Shown here: positions 48,647 to 58,424 of the stretch, in pieces
Position numbering within the stretch: position 1 is the stretch's first letter
Layout of the letters: each line of letters opens with the position of its first letter
Assembly (NCBI GenBank): GCA_946965045.2
Contig: OX337228.1
Coordinates: forward strand, 4,464,001 to 4,528,000
Direction of reading: 5' to 3'
From: Epithemia pelagica
Taxonomy: Eukaryota > Protista > Bacillariophyta
Length of the DNA stretch: 64,000 nucleotides
Position numbers and translations under genes: made by a program
Notes under the pieces: generated by a model
Told to the model about the DNA's origin: nothing
The model's database searches: none
Seen by the model: only the letters and a program-made list of their open reading frames with translations

Positions 48647-51600
48647 ATGGCAAGCATTAATCGATTGGCAATTCGTGGGGTGAGATCTTTCAGTCCCAAT
48701 GACGAAGAGCAAGCGGTGGAGTTCTTTTTTCCCTGCACAATTATTGTTGGTGCGAATGGATGTGGGAAGACGACAATCATTGGTAAGTCTGTATTGTTCC
48801 ATGAGTGATCGTGTCATCGCGGTAGCTGTTTTGCTAATAGCGTGTTTTCCTTATTGTTGCCTTCTCCTTCATCAACACATTGGTAGAAAGGTGAGATGTA
48901 TCATGATTGAACGTGACTGCAGCCGATCTAATTCGTTTCTAATGGCAAAACCTGCTTATGAACATAGCCTGAAGTATGCAATGACAGGAGCGTTCCCACC
49001 AGGGAACAAGTCTGGACAAGCATTTGTCCATGACCCGCGATCGATTGGCTCTCAACTTGTCAAGGCCCAGGTCAAGCTCCGTTTCACGAGCCGCGGTGGG
49101 AACCAAATGGTTGTTGTTCGGAGTAAGTAAACCTCTGTCTGCGGAAAAATCTACTTCCATCCTCTAACAGCTTTGAATCGTCCGTTTTCGTTACTGCTTT
49201 CATCAAGGTATGGAACTGACCCAGAAAAAGACAACGCTCTCGTTTAAACAGCTGGATGGGGCTCTGCGTACTTTAGACACAGCCACCAACAAAATTGTTA
49301 GTTTGTCGCACAAGTGCACTGAATTAGACCGCCAACTTCCTCAACTGTTGGGTGTATCCAAACCTATTCTCGAGCATGTTTTGTTCTGTCATCAAGAAGA
49401 TGCCTCGTGGCCATTACAGGAAGGGGCTGTGCTCAAGAAGCGGTTTGACGATATTTTTGATTCTACACGTTATACCAAGGCAATTGATGTCTTCCGAAAG
49501 ACCGAAAAGGAACTTCTGGTCCAAGTCAAAGACTTGAAAGCAGACCTTGCAGGACTCTCCAGCCATCGACATGCCGCACAGGCTTTCCGCAAAGAACTTA
49601 CCCGTCATCAAGAACAGTTGGATCAACTTGACGAAGAAAAGAAGCAGCTTCTGGCCGATATCAAAGAGGCGACCGATGAAGCCTGCCGTGCGAACGAAAT
49701 CATCGACAAAGTGGAAGAAGTAATTGTGCGTTTCAATTTGTTTGAGAGTTAATCTAACTGGAATAAGAGAATGGAAGAGTGCCGGTGCTCCCAACTCTAT
49801 TCTTTGAGAGAGAATTAGTTTTCTGCACTGGCCCGGTATGAACATTCTTCTTCTCTAACATCGTTGTGCTTCTTCCGTGTTTCAGTCCCAAATCGAAACT
49901 CTGACAAACCAGCACTCGGCAAAGCTCGAGTTGGTCCAGAAACAAAAAGAAATGCTGGGAAAAGATCAAGATATGACTAACGACCACCCAAATGCAGAAA
50001 GCCTGCAAAAAATGTTGAGGGATTACGACCAACAAGTTGTGACACAAACGGAGGGACTTCAACGATTGCGTGACGAAGAAAGGGAAATGGACTTGTCTAT
50101 CCAGAAGCTTCGCGAGAAAGAACGCTCGTTGACTGAGCAAAAGGCCCGAATGGAAGCCGCTCGTGAGCAACAGCAGCAGAGATGTAAACAACGCTACGCC
50201 AAAATGGAAGGCATTGTGCAGACCTACTCCCTGAACATGCAACTTTCCTCGCAGAATGGCAATGTGTCATTTGATGGATCTTTTGCTGCGAGTCAGATCA
50301 CGACATTAACTGGTTGTGCTGGCTCCAGTGAAGACATGAACCCTGAACAAAACATAACGCAAGACGACATGGAAAATTTTCTGAAAGTTATGGATGAGAA
50401 GGAGAAAGAAATACAAGAACTATACGAAGATGGCAAAAAGAAACATCAAGCCGAAGAAGACAAACTTATCGCAGCCCTTTCTGATTTGGAAGGAAGAAGA
50501 AAGACAGTACAAAATGGTACGTTGTGTTTATTTTGACCAAAACCAAAGAATCTCTCTGATATTTTCTTGTTATCCGCTGCATTCTTCAAGAACGGCAAAA
50601 GATCGCCGAGGAGAGGGAGAAGGCATCCGCCGAACAGCGTGAGCTTGTTCGCCAGATGGATAGTCATGGTCGTATTCGCAAAACAGATATCGAGGAGACG
50701 AGACGCAATGCAGCGAAATTGGCCAAGGATCGTGATCTTGCAAATAGTGACAGTCGACGGACACAGATCCCAGTTGAAATCCGAAGTTTGGAAGAGAAGA
50801 TTGATGTTATCAAGCGCAAAATCGAGGATGATCGGATGGTTCTTGATAGCCTTCGGCACAGTGCGGAAAACCAAAATGCGATCACAATGCTTCAAGAGCA
50901 ATTGAAAAGGATGTTGAAGCTCTTGAAGATATGTTTCGAGACCAGTCGTACCTCTTGCAAAAACACAACCTGAAACCTGAAAAGGCCATGCCTGCTTCGG
51001 GGGAAGACCTCGATGGGCAAGAGCTCCTTTCCTTTGTTGAGGGAATCCTCGACAGTGTAAGCGAAAAGCATGATGCTTTATCGAGTGATCTTGCCAAGGC
51101 AGAAGAGAGTGTGTCTAGAACACAGCGTTCTTGTAACGAGCGTTCGGCTGTTCTCTCCAGCCAGCAACAGTCTTTGCATGTGGTAACAAACCGACTTGAG
51201 CAACTCGAAGGCGAACATGGAAGCGTGACGCAGGCACAAAAAATGATTGAGGACCTTCGAGTGCATGAAGCGGGTCTAGGACTTTCGCCTCCGAGTAAGG
51301 ACGTTTCTCCACAAGACCTAGTTCGTTACATTGACTCTCGTTTAAGTGAACTCGAAGACGATGCTCCGACGGACGATGTCGAATTTGCTCGCAAACTTCT
51401 GAAGAAGCTTGAAAAGATGGCCGTGGTTCCTGATAATTCTCCTCAAGGATTCACCTTGATTTGCCCCTGTTGTGACAGAGAAATGAAGGGGCAGGAACCC
51501 AAGGTTTTCAAGACTAAAATGGCTTCTCTGAAGGAAAGTTCCTCTCTGGTGAAAGCCGCAGATGCCGAAGTAACTGAACACAATCAATTGAAGGCAAGGT

Positions 51601-53606
51601 ATGAACGGTGGAGGAAATCTGCCACTGAGAAAATGGACGACTTACGTGATTTCCGGCGTCTTCGGGAAGAAAAGCAAAAGCTGGAACTTGCTTTAGAGCA
51701 GCAACAAGATGACCTTAATACTTTCCATGTGACCCTGAGCGAGCACAAAGAGAGCGCGAAGGACATCAAGTCAGAGGTGGACGAGCTCAAAGAATTACTT
51801 GAGGCTTGTCGGCGATGGTCAGGCGATGCCTCTCGGATTTCCGAAAAGCGAATGCAGATAGATCAGAAGAAGCAAGACATGAGCTTGGAAACTGCATTTG
51901 CTGGACGAGATCTTCGTACTGTGGAACGCGAAATATCTGATCAAATGGAGGAGAAAGATAACCACATGAATAGAATCAATCGCTTGAACAGGGAAATGAC
52001 CACGTTGAACAATCGCATAGCAACTCTCTCAACACAGGCTTCTAACTTGGACAAGATTGTCAGAGAGAAAGAAGCAAAGTTCGCAGCCGCTCACAAGGTA
52101 GAGGAGCGAAAAGGACAACTTGTGGAGCAATTGAGCAAAATGCAAGAAGAGGACGCAAAGGTATGTGCTTTCGTGGGAACAGTTTGTTCATCATACCCAA
52201 AGAATGGAAGAACTTACACTTTGTGGGTAGCTTCAAGAACAAATAGCCCCTCTCAAGCGAAAAATAGAGACGAAACAACGAGAAAAGGATCGTGCAAGAG
52301 CACTGAAAGAATCCGAAGTCTCATCCCTTCATGATAGGCTTGTTGAATTCCAGGCAGACGCTAGAGAGCTCCGTCAATTGACGAAAGCAATCGACGACTT
52401 TGCGGCCTCGGAACGAACTGACAACTTAAACCAGATTGCTTCTGATACTGCTGGAATTCATGGAGAAATGGCAAAGAAGCATGACGCGCTCAAGTCTCTG
52501 AGAAGCGAAGTCAGCAAACTTGAAGATACTGTGAAGAATCAGGAACGTCACAAGAAGATGATCAGAGATAACATTGATATAATTGAGACCCAAAGAACTG
52601 CGAGACATCTTAACCGTGAGATCGAGAGATTGGAAGAACAGAAGAAAAGCGTAGAAGGAGGAGATACCGCTTACGAAGAAGAGAAGCGAGCAGTTGCTTT
52701 GAAGAACAAACGCGAGGGGGAACTCGCCCGACTAGAAGGACGGTTCATGGAGGTTGTCGAAGCCATCCGTTCCCTGAAACGAAAACTTTCAACGGAGGAA
52801 TACAAAGACGTTGACGAACAATTTCGAATCGCAAATATCAAGCACCAGACAACGCAGCTTGCCGCTCAGGATATAAAAAAATACTGGACTGCCGTTGACA
52901 AAGCTCTGTTGAAATACCATTCCGTAAAGATCGCGGTAAGCAAATCATGTTCTTCACTGTTCCTTGCGCCATCTACACCTGACATGTTGTTTTCGCTCCG
53001 TTTCTCTTAGGAGATCAATAAGGTTTGTTCTTTTGTTATGATTACGCGCAAGTTTTTCAGGTTTTCTTACTCACAATGTACTTTTCCGGACAGATTGTTA
53101 GTGAGCTGTGGCTCCTCACGTACAAGGGCGAAGACATTGGCAATATAGAGATCGTGAGCGGTGAAGAGCCCGGAAGTAGATCTACACGTTCCTACAACTA
53201 TCGCGTGGTCATGACCAAAGGAAACTCGCAGCTGGACATGCGGGGTCGATGCAGTGCGGGACAACGGGTGCTGGCGTCGATTGTTATTCGATTGGCACTT
53301 GCTGAGACGTTTGGGGTCAATTGTGGCTGCATTGCACTGGATGAGCCGACCGTAAACTTGGACTACCCTAACAAGAAAGGGTTAGCGGTTGCTCTTGCTC
53401 AGATCATTGCATCACGTTCGCAACAGTCGAACTTTCAGCTGATATTGATCACACATGACGAAGAGTTTGTTTCAATGACAAAGACGGAGATGTCATTGCT
53501 CACAGGTTTCTCGATGCCCGAGAAATTCTTTCAAGTTCGTCGTGAAAGAGCAAGCGACGGAAAATTCTATTCCAAGATTGATGCAAAAGATTGGAGTGAA
53601 CTCTAG
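48647..53606 (+). CDS. RAD50: DNA repair ATPase Rad50 (MRN complex); multi-exon with two micro-exons and one apparent 1-nt frameshift
   Basis: [15 protein letters not shown], Walker [24 protein letters not shown], zinc hook CPCC, signature [13 protein letters not shown], Walker B LDEPT, ITHDE. Proposed introns: 48783-48886, 48891-48967, 49123-49207, 49720-49885 (uncertain), 50517-50590, 52161-52230, 52936-53010, 53023-53093. Frame break near 50901. Confidence 0.95.
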
Positions 53607-53892
53607 CAGTAGGAAAAAAATGAAGCAACCCGTAGACTAGTGCTGTAAAGGCAAAACAACACTATGTAAAACTTCTTGTTTTTGTCTAAAAACTATTTTC
53701 ACACGTCGTTGGCTTTTGACCTTAGACCATTCCTATGCGAGGGTTGAGGATTTTGATCGAGAACAGCAGTCTCCTTGTGTGAGATGTTTAGGTCATTAAT
53801 GTGCCAAGTAATGGTACATTGAGCAAAGCATATACTTGATATGCGGAGTAAGACACAGCCAAAAGCACATTTCGTCCACAGGCTGAACTACC

Positions 53893-53978
53893 TAGGAGTA
53901 GGAGCTAGGAGTAGGAGTAGATGCTTCGAAGGGGTAGCAAGATTGTTTTAGATAGTTTTACTACTCCTAGGAGTAGCT
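53893..53978. repeat. (TAGGAG)n cluster and 16-bp palindrome CTACTCCTAGGAGTAG in an intergenic spacer
   Basis: 53893-53920 reads (TAGGAG)2 C (TAGGAG)2 TAG. The perfect palindrome is at 53961-53976, with a near-identical copy at 62513-62528. Confidence 0.8.
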
Positions 53979-54033
53979 AGAGAGGATCCATAGACACAAA
54001 ATTCAAAATATCCGTAGCCTCGAAACTCGAAAG

Positions 54034-55665
54034 ATGGAAGATACGTCTGTCTGTTGTCTGTGTCGACAATGGACAATCATCACAACCAATCAAATGTCAC
54101 CTACTCAACCTGAAATACATTCCAATGAGGAGACTATCGATAAGAATATTCCAAGCAATGAAAAAGAGCACCATGATGAGCTGGAAATACAATTTTCCTT
54201 GGATAGGAACGGTCGATCCATGCCATTCACACCGAACACAGCCGACAAAAAAAATGGGAACACATTAACCATGACATCCAAAATAGATTATACCACACGC
54301 TCTCGACAAGCTTTGTTAAGACCACAGTCCAACGACCATGACGGGGAGATTGAGAAAGCCCATTCATGGTGGCTGGACGAACTTCGTATGGATTGTCTTG
54401 TTGCCGACAGTCCCTTGTTGCCACGCACTTTTTGGATGCCCGCCGAAGACAGCGCAGAGAAACGCTGTTCCTTAGAACAAATGGCCTGGGATATTTTTCA
54501 TTCTCATGTTCCCAGGGATTTGTGGAATGCAATGACACCTCAACAACAAGAACAGTCCGGAGCCGAATGGTGGGTTCAACTGCGACCATCTCCACCAGGG
54601 GGAAGATACACCATTGTCGGTGGTGAGAACAGCTGCACCGGGAACAACAACGAACAATCCGAGACGCATGGCATTTCGTTTCATTGGGACAAAGACGAAG
54701 ACTTAAGATTGCTCATGGGAGGGGATACCTATCTTCATCCACACATTTCCACGGTCACCTACCTCACGGATCATGGAGCACCAACACTTGCTCTCCCATG
54801 TCGTATTCATCCACTGCAGGGAACTTACATCTCCCCTCATGATCGTGATGACAGCAACGAGGAACCAAGTCCTCACGCCTTTCTTTCGTGGCCACGGACT
54901 CTCAAGCATTTGAGCTTTGACGGACGATACTTGCATGCTGCAATTCCCGAACTAGCATGGGTCTTTACTTCCCGTTCACAACAAGAAACAATAGGACAAG
55001 TGAAACGGCATAAGGAAGAACCGCGAATAACGTTTCTGGTCAACATATGGCTTTACTATCGACCTATGAATGTAAATCCTTTTCCTAACTACCTGTTGGA
55101 CAAACTGAGCGGTGGAGCTCTGTACCACCATCAAAATCACAACAACTCAAATAGTTCAAAAACAAAACGAGCCACTCCACGACTCGGCTTGTCCATCTGC
55201 GCTCGCAACGATCCCGTGGTCACCACCACACTCGACAACAACAACAACAGTGCAAACAACTCAACAACAAATCATTGCTGGCCTCTGGGAGATTGGGACT
55301 CCGAAGAAACGATAGAATTGCATCTACCAACCAAACAACGATTAAAAGATCTCCTTGTCAAAAGCAATATGGTTAAGCAGGATCACAACGACAATATTTG
55401 CGTTGGTTGGATCTCCCCATCTCTTGGACTACATCTGCAATCCTCAACACTAGTACACCAAGGCGTGAAATCCATTCCACCATCATGTTCGTCACATGCT
55501 TTCCAATCACAACCAGAAACCTCGGATTCATCGCCAAAACAACAGGATGCAGAACACTCGTCATCTGCAGTCAAACGAACTCACCCTTCAAACGTCCCCA
55601 AAACCACAAATCAACCAGAAAAACTCCAGAAACACAACGAGAAAGATAATAGCACTACTACGTAA
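54034..55665 (+). CDS. Putative 2-oxoglutarate/Fe(II)-dependent oxygenase-like protein
   Basis: GAEWWVQ, ISFHWDKDE (HxD), PHISTVTYLT..GAPT, SFDGRYLHAA (distal His) and RITFLVNIW (Arg) follow the double-stranded beta-helix oxygenase pattern. Confidence 0.65.
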   Translation: MEDTSVCCLCRQWTIITTNQMSPTQPEIHSNEETIDKNIPSNEKEHHDELEIQFSLDRNGRSMPFTPNTADKKNGNTLTMTSKIDYTTRSRQALLRPQSNDHDGEIEKAHSWWLDELRMDCLVADSPLLPRTFWMPAEDSAEKRCSLEQMAWDIFHSHVPRDLWNAMTPQQQEQSGAEWWVQLRPSPPGGRYTIVGGENSCTGNNNEQSETHGISFHWDKDEDLRLLMGGDTYLHPHISTVTYLTDHGAPTLALPCRIHPLQGTYISPHDRDDSNEEPSPHAFLSWPRTLKHLSFDGRYLHAAIPELAWVFTSRSQQETIGQVKRHKEEPRITFLVNIWLYYRPMNVNPFPNYLLDKLSGGALYHHQNHNNSNSSKTKRATPRLGLSICARNDPVVTTTLDNNNNSANNSTTNHCWPLGDWDSEETIELHLPTKQRLKDLLVKSNMVKQDHNDNICVGWISPSLGLHLQSSTLVHQGVKSIPPSCSSHAFQSQPETSDSSPKQQDAEHSSSAVKRTHPSNVPKTTNQPEKLQKHNEKDNSTTT

Positions 55666-55803
55666 CGAACATACAGATACAACCGTTCTCGATACTGGCA
55701 CCTATAACGTTTAAAAGGAAAGGAGCGGAACGATGCCATATTCGTATGTGTACATTAGTTGAACACAGCGTTGTTTCATCCAGTCAACAAAAGACTGTCT
55801 TTA

Positions 55804-56649
55804 CTAAACTCGACACACGTCCCACTCAGATCCCAGTGCTTCTTTGTTGTTTCCAGCTCCAATGGGCGGTTGTCCCAGCCGCACCGCTGCCGGACCTCGC
55901 ACATAAACTCCATTAATCCCCACCTCAGAATCTACAGCGAATGGGCCGCTGTTCTTGTTTGAGTTGATGTTGGCCGAAGGTAACAAGAACGCTTTTGCCA
56001 CGCCTTCTCCTTCCAGGTACGTACAAAACAGTGGAGCTGAAGTGCCAGTCGTACTGCTACCATTTGAAAGGTCTAACATAATCCTTGCTCGGACAACCAA
56101 ATCCATATCTTGTGGAACGCTTGGGCTTATTTTGTTGAATTGAAATTGAAACGGGAAGGACAATTGAGACAAGGGAATCTTGGACGATTCCACAAAATAC
56201 TTCGGAGATTGAGACAAAGAGGAAGATCCATCTAGTTGCTGTTCAAGCGCCTGATAACGAAGAACTTGGACTAGAAGATATGAGCTGGAGCTCTTCACGG
56301 ATGCGGGTAATGATGATGGCCCGTAGATCACGCCCTGGACGACGGGTCGCAATCTCTGTTCTTTTTTCGTCACTGAGGGAAAAGGGATGGCAGGTCTTTC
56401 TTCAGTTGGTTGCTTCAACTTTGTCTGAAACCATTCGCTCAGGTCGTCCGCCTTTTCGTCCCTACTCGACGCCACCGCCGGTGGAACCAAAAGGACTGAA
56501 AGACAACCACTACCAGTCAACGTGACTGCAAAATTCGTGAGCAAGTGACGACGAGACAACTGCTGAGGCGGATGCCACGATGATACGGACTGAGGACCAA
56601 ACCCAGGCACCGCGACGAGGCAAAAGATAACACTCCTGCCCTTGGCCAT
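55804..56649 (-). CDS. Putative thylakoid-lumen protein with a tripartite presequence (signal, transit, twin-arginine)
   Basis: Signal-like MAKGRSVIFCLVAVPGFGPQSVSS|W, then LSRRHLL, a hydrophobic stretch and the AVA cleavage motif. The mature part is beta-rich. The ORF is open to 56778. Confidence 0.65.
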   Translation of the reverse strand: MAKGRSVIFCLVAVPGFGPQSVSSWHPPQQLSRRHLLTNFAVTLTGSGCLSVLLVPPAVASSRDEKADDLSEWFQTKLKQPTEERPAIPFPSVTKKEQRLRPVVQGVIYGPSSLPASVKSSSSYLLVQVLRYQALEQQLDGSSSLSQSPKYFVESSKIPLSQLSFPFQFQFNKISPSVPQDMDLVVRARIMLDLSNGSSTTGTSAPLFCTYLEGEGVAKAFLLPSANINSNKNSGPFAVDSEVGINGVYVRGPAAVRLGQPPIGAGNNKEALGSEWDVCRV

Positions 56650-56894
56650 GACGTTTTCAATCCATTCTTGTTGGACGGAGGAAAGATCCAACAAAGATAC
56701 TGAGAGCACTGACCACGACGAGGGACTTCGTGGCCTATGTGGTCCTTGCAAAACTACCAGAACCTTCAAGCACACCACACTCTACCTTGTCAATCCACTC
56801 CAAACTACAAAGAAGCGGGTTTCCAAAGTTGTGCCATGATCGCTACTTCTGCACCACGTCTCTAGTAACACTCCGATAAACTCTATAGACACTT

Positions 56895-57851
56895 CTATTC
56901 ACCGTCGGGAGAAAAGGAATGAATGCCACCCCCTCGATATACGGTTCCTCCGTTTTGGGGTCTCTGTCGATGACTTTGCTGTAGCTCAAAAAGCGCCTCT
57001 CGCTCCTTACCCTGAGCTCCCTTGAAGTGCAAAGCACCTGTCCGATCCGATAACCATTTGGCCAAACGCCAGGTTTCCCATTCATCCGCGGAATTAGTTG
57101 TAGTTGTACCACTTGTATGCCATGTCTCATCGTTGGATGGGGTAAGCCCTTCGAATCCTGTCAATCGTTCTATAACCTTGCCATGTCGAAACACCAAAAG
57201 AGTAGGTAAAGTTCGAACCTTGAGGTTTTGAACAAAAAAAGGAGCTTTGTCGGCAACTATCCGGACAAATTTGCATTCCAAATACTGTTCGGCCAATTCT
57301 TTCAAATGATGATCCATGATTTTACACCGAAGAAATTCTTCATGGGCAAAGTGAACCACCACCGCTGCATCATTATCGTCAGAGGAGTTGCATTCGGCCA
57401 AGAATTCGTCTTGTCGAATGGTTCGATACTGACCATGGCCTCTCGCTAATTGGTATTGTTGTATCTCATGCGCTTGCTTTAATTCCTCCAATCTACGGTC
57501 CCGCAACTCCTCCAAGTCCGGATCATCCAATAAGTCATCAAACTCGTCGTCGTCGCTATCCCGCTCTTCATCCTGTTTGGGCTGTACAAGTGCTGGAGGC
57601 TGTTGTGTGTGTTTTTGGTGCTGCTGCCTAAGTAGTTGTTGTTGTGCTCGAATGGCTTGATAGGCCGGTCCAGTGGGAGCACGGTCGGGAGCATCCACTT
57701 CATTGCGTCCTGTAAGATGTTTCTCTTGTAAATCCTCAATCGTGGCTTGCAATCGCTGATTCAAATTGTTTGATAAGGTTTGTTGCAATGAACGTTCTTC
57801 CTCATTCTGTTGTACCAGACCAAAACCAATGTATGGGTCATTGTATGCGGG
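56895..57851 (-). CDS. Phosducin-like/thioredoxin-fold protein (TXNDC9/Plp1-like); 5' end unresolved
   Basis: DEFDDLLDDPDLEELRDRRLEELK, GHGQY, VVVHF...EFLRCKIMDHHL..LA..Y...KF, KAPFFV..LKVRTLPTL, LTGFEGL. No in-frame ATG between the upstream stop (57852-57854) and the thioredoxin domain. Confidence 0.85.
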   Translation of the reverse strand, partial: PAYNDPYIGFGLVQQNEEERSLQQTLSNNLNQRLQATIEDLQEKHLTGRNEVDAPDRAPTGPAYQAIRAQQQLLRQQHQKHTQQPPALVQPKQDEERDSDDDEFDDLLDDPDLEELRDRRLEELKQAHEIQQYQLARGHGQYRTIRQDEFLAECNSSDDNDAAVVVHFAHEEFLRCKIMDHHLKELAEQYLECKFVRIVADKAPFFVQNLKVRTLPTLLVFRHGKVIERLTGFEGLTPSNDETWHTSGTTTTNSADEWETWRLAKWLSDRTGALHFKGAQGKEREALFELQQSHRQRPQNGGTVYRGGGIHSFSPDGE

Positions 57852-58424
57852 TCAAATTCATAAAAACGGAAGCATACAATGAAATGAACAGATTTAGTCA
57901 GTATTCAAGTCTCAACTTCGTCCCTAGAATAGCAATGACATCAAATACAACAAACCTGGGATTCAAAGGGTTTGATCATTGGATCAAAGGGATTGGTGGC
58001 CCCCACAAACTTCGACGATTTTGATCCAGCCGCAGGCTGTTGCAACGACGAAGGAGCCATCTTTCTCTCGTCAGGTTTTTGCTGTCGATGTCTATGTTAG
58101 TTTGTTTGATGGCATTCTCAATTCGCGAGAGACCGATGAAAGAAGTGCAAAAGATTACTTGTGTTTATCCGTATGCCGCCATTGAGTCCCGAGGCCGGCG
58201 TCATAGGCTACCATCTACTCCTACCATGCTAGGGATGCCACGGAAAACGAACAATGGGAATGGGGAACACAGAAATGCCCGTTCTGGAAAATGATACAAC
58301 TATGACCGGGGTGAAAAATTGGCAAACTGTCGTGTTTACTCTTAACGTTCACCTCATGAAAGAAGGCATCGACGACGACTCTGATACAACATTTTCCCTG
58401 TCTCCAGTACTTGCCATAATGACC

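Noticed and set aside
50861-50898. 38-nt GT-AG intron that would repair the RAD50 frameshift
   Set aside because: Much shorter than the other introns here, with no pyrimidine tract or branch point, and it would remove coding-like sequence.
3735-53606. Possible functional cluster of cell-cycle and repair genes (M1AP-like, APC2, CTF4, RAD50)
   Set aside because: Interspersed with unrelated genes over 50 kb; compatible with chance in a gene-dense genome.
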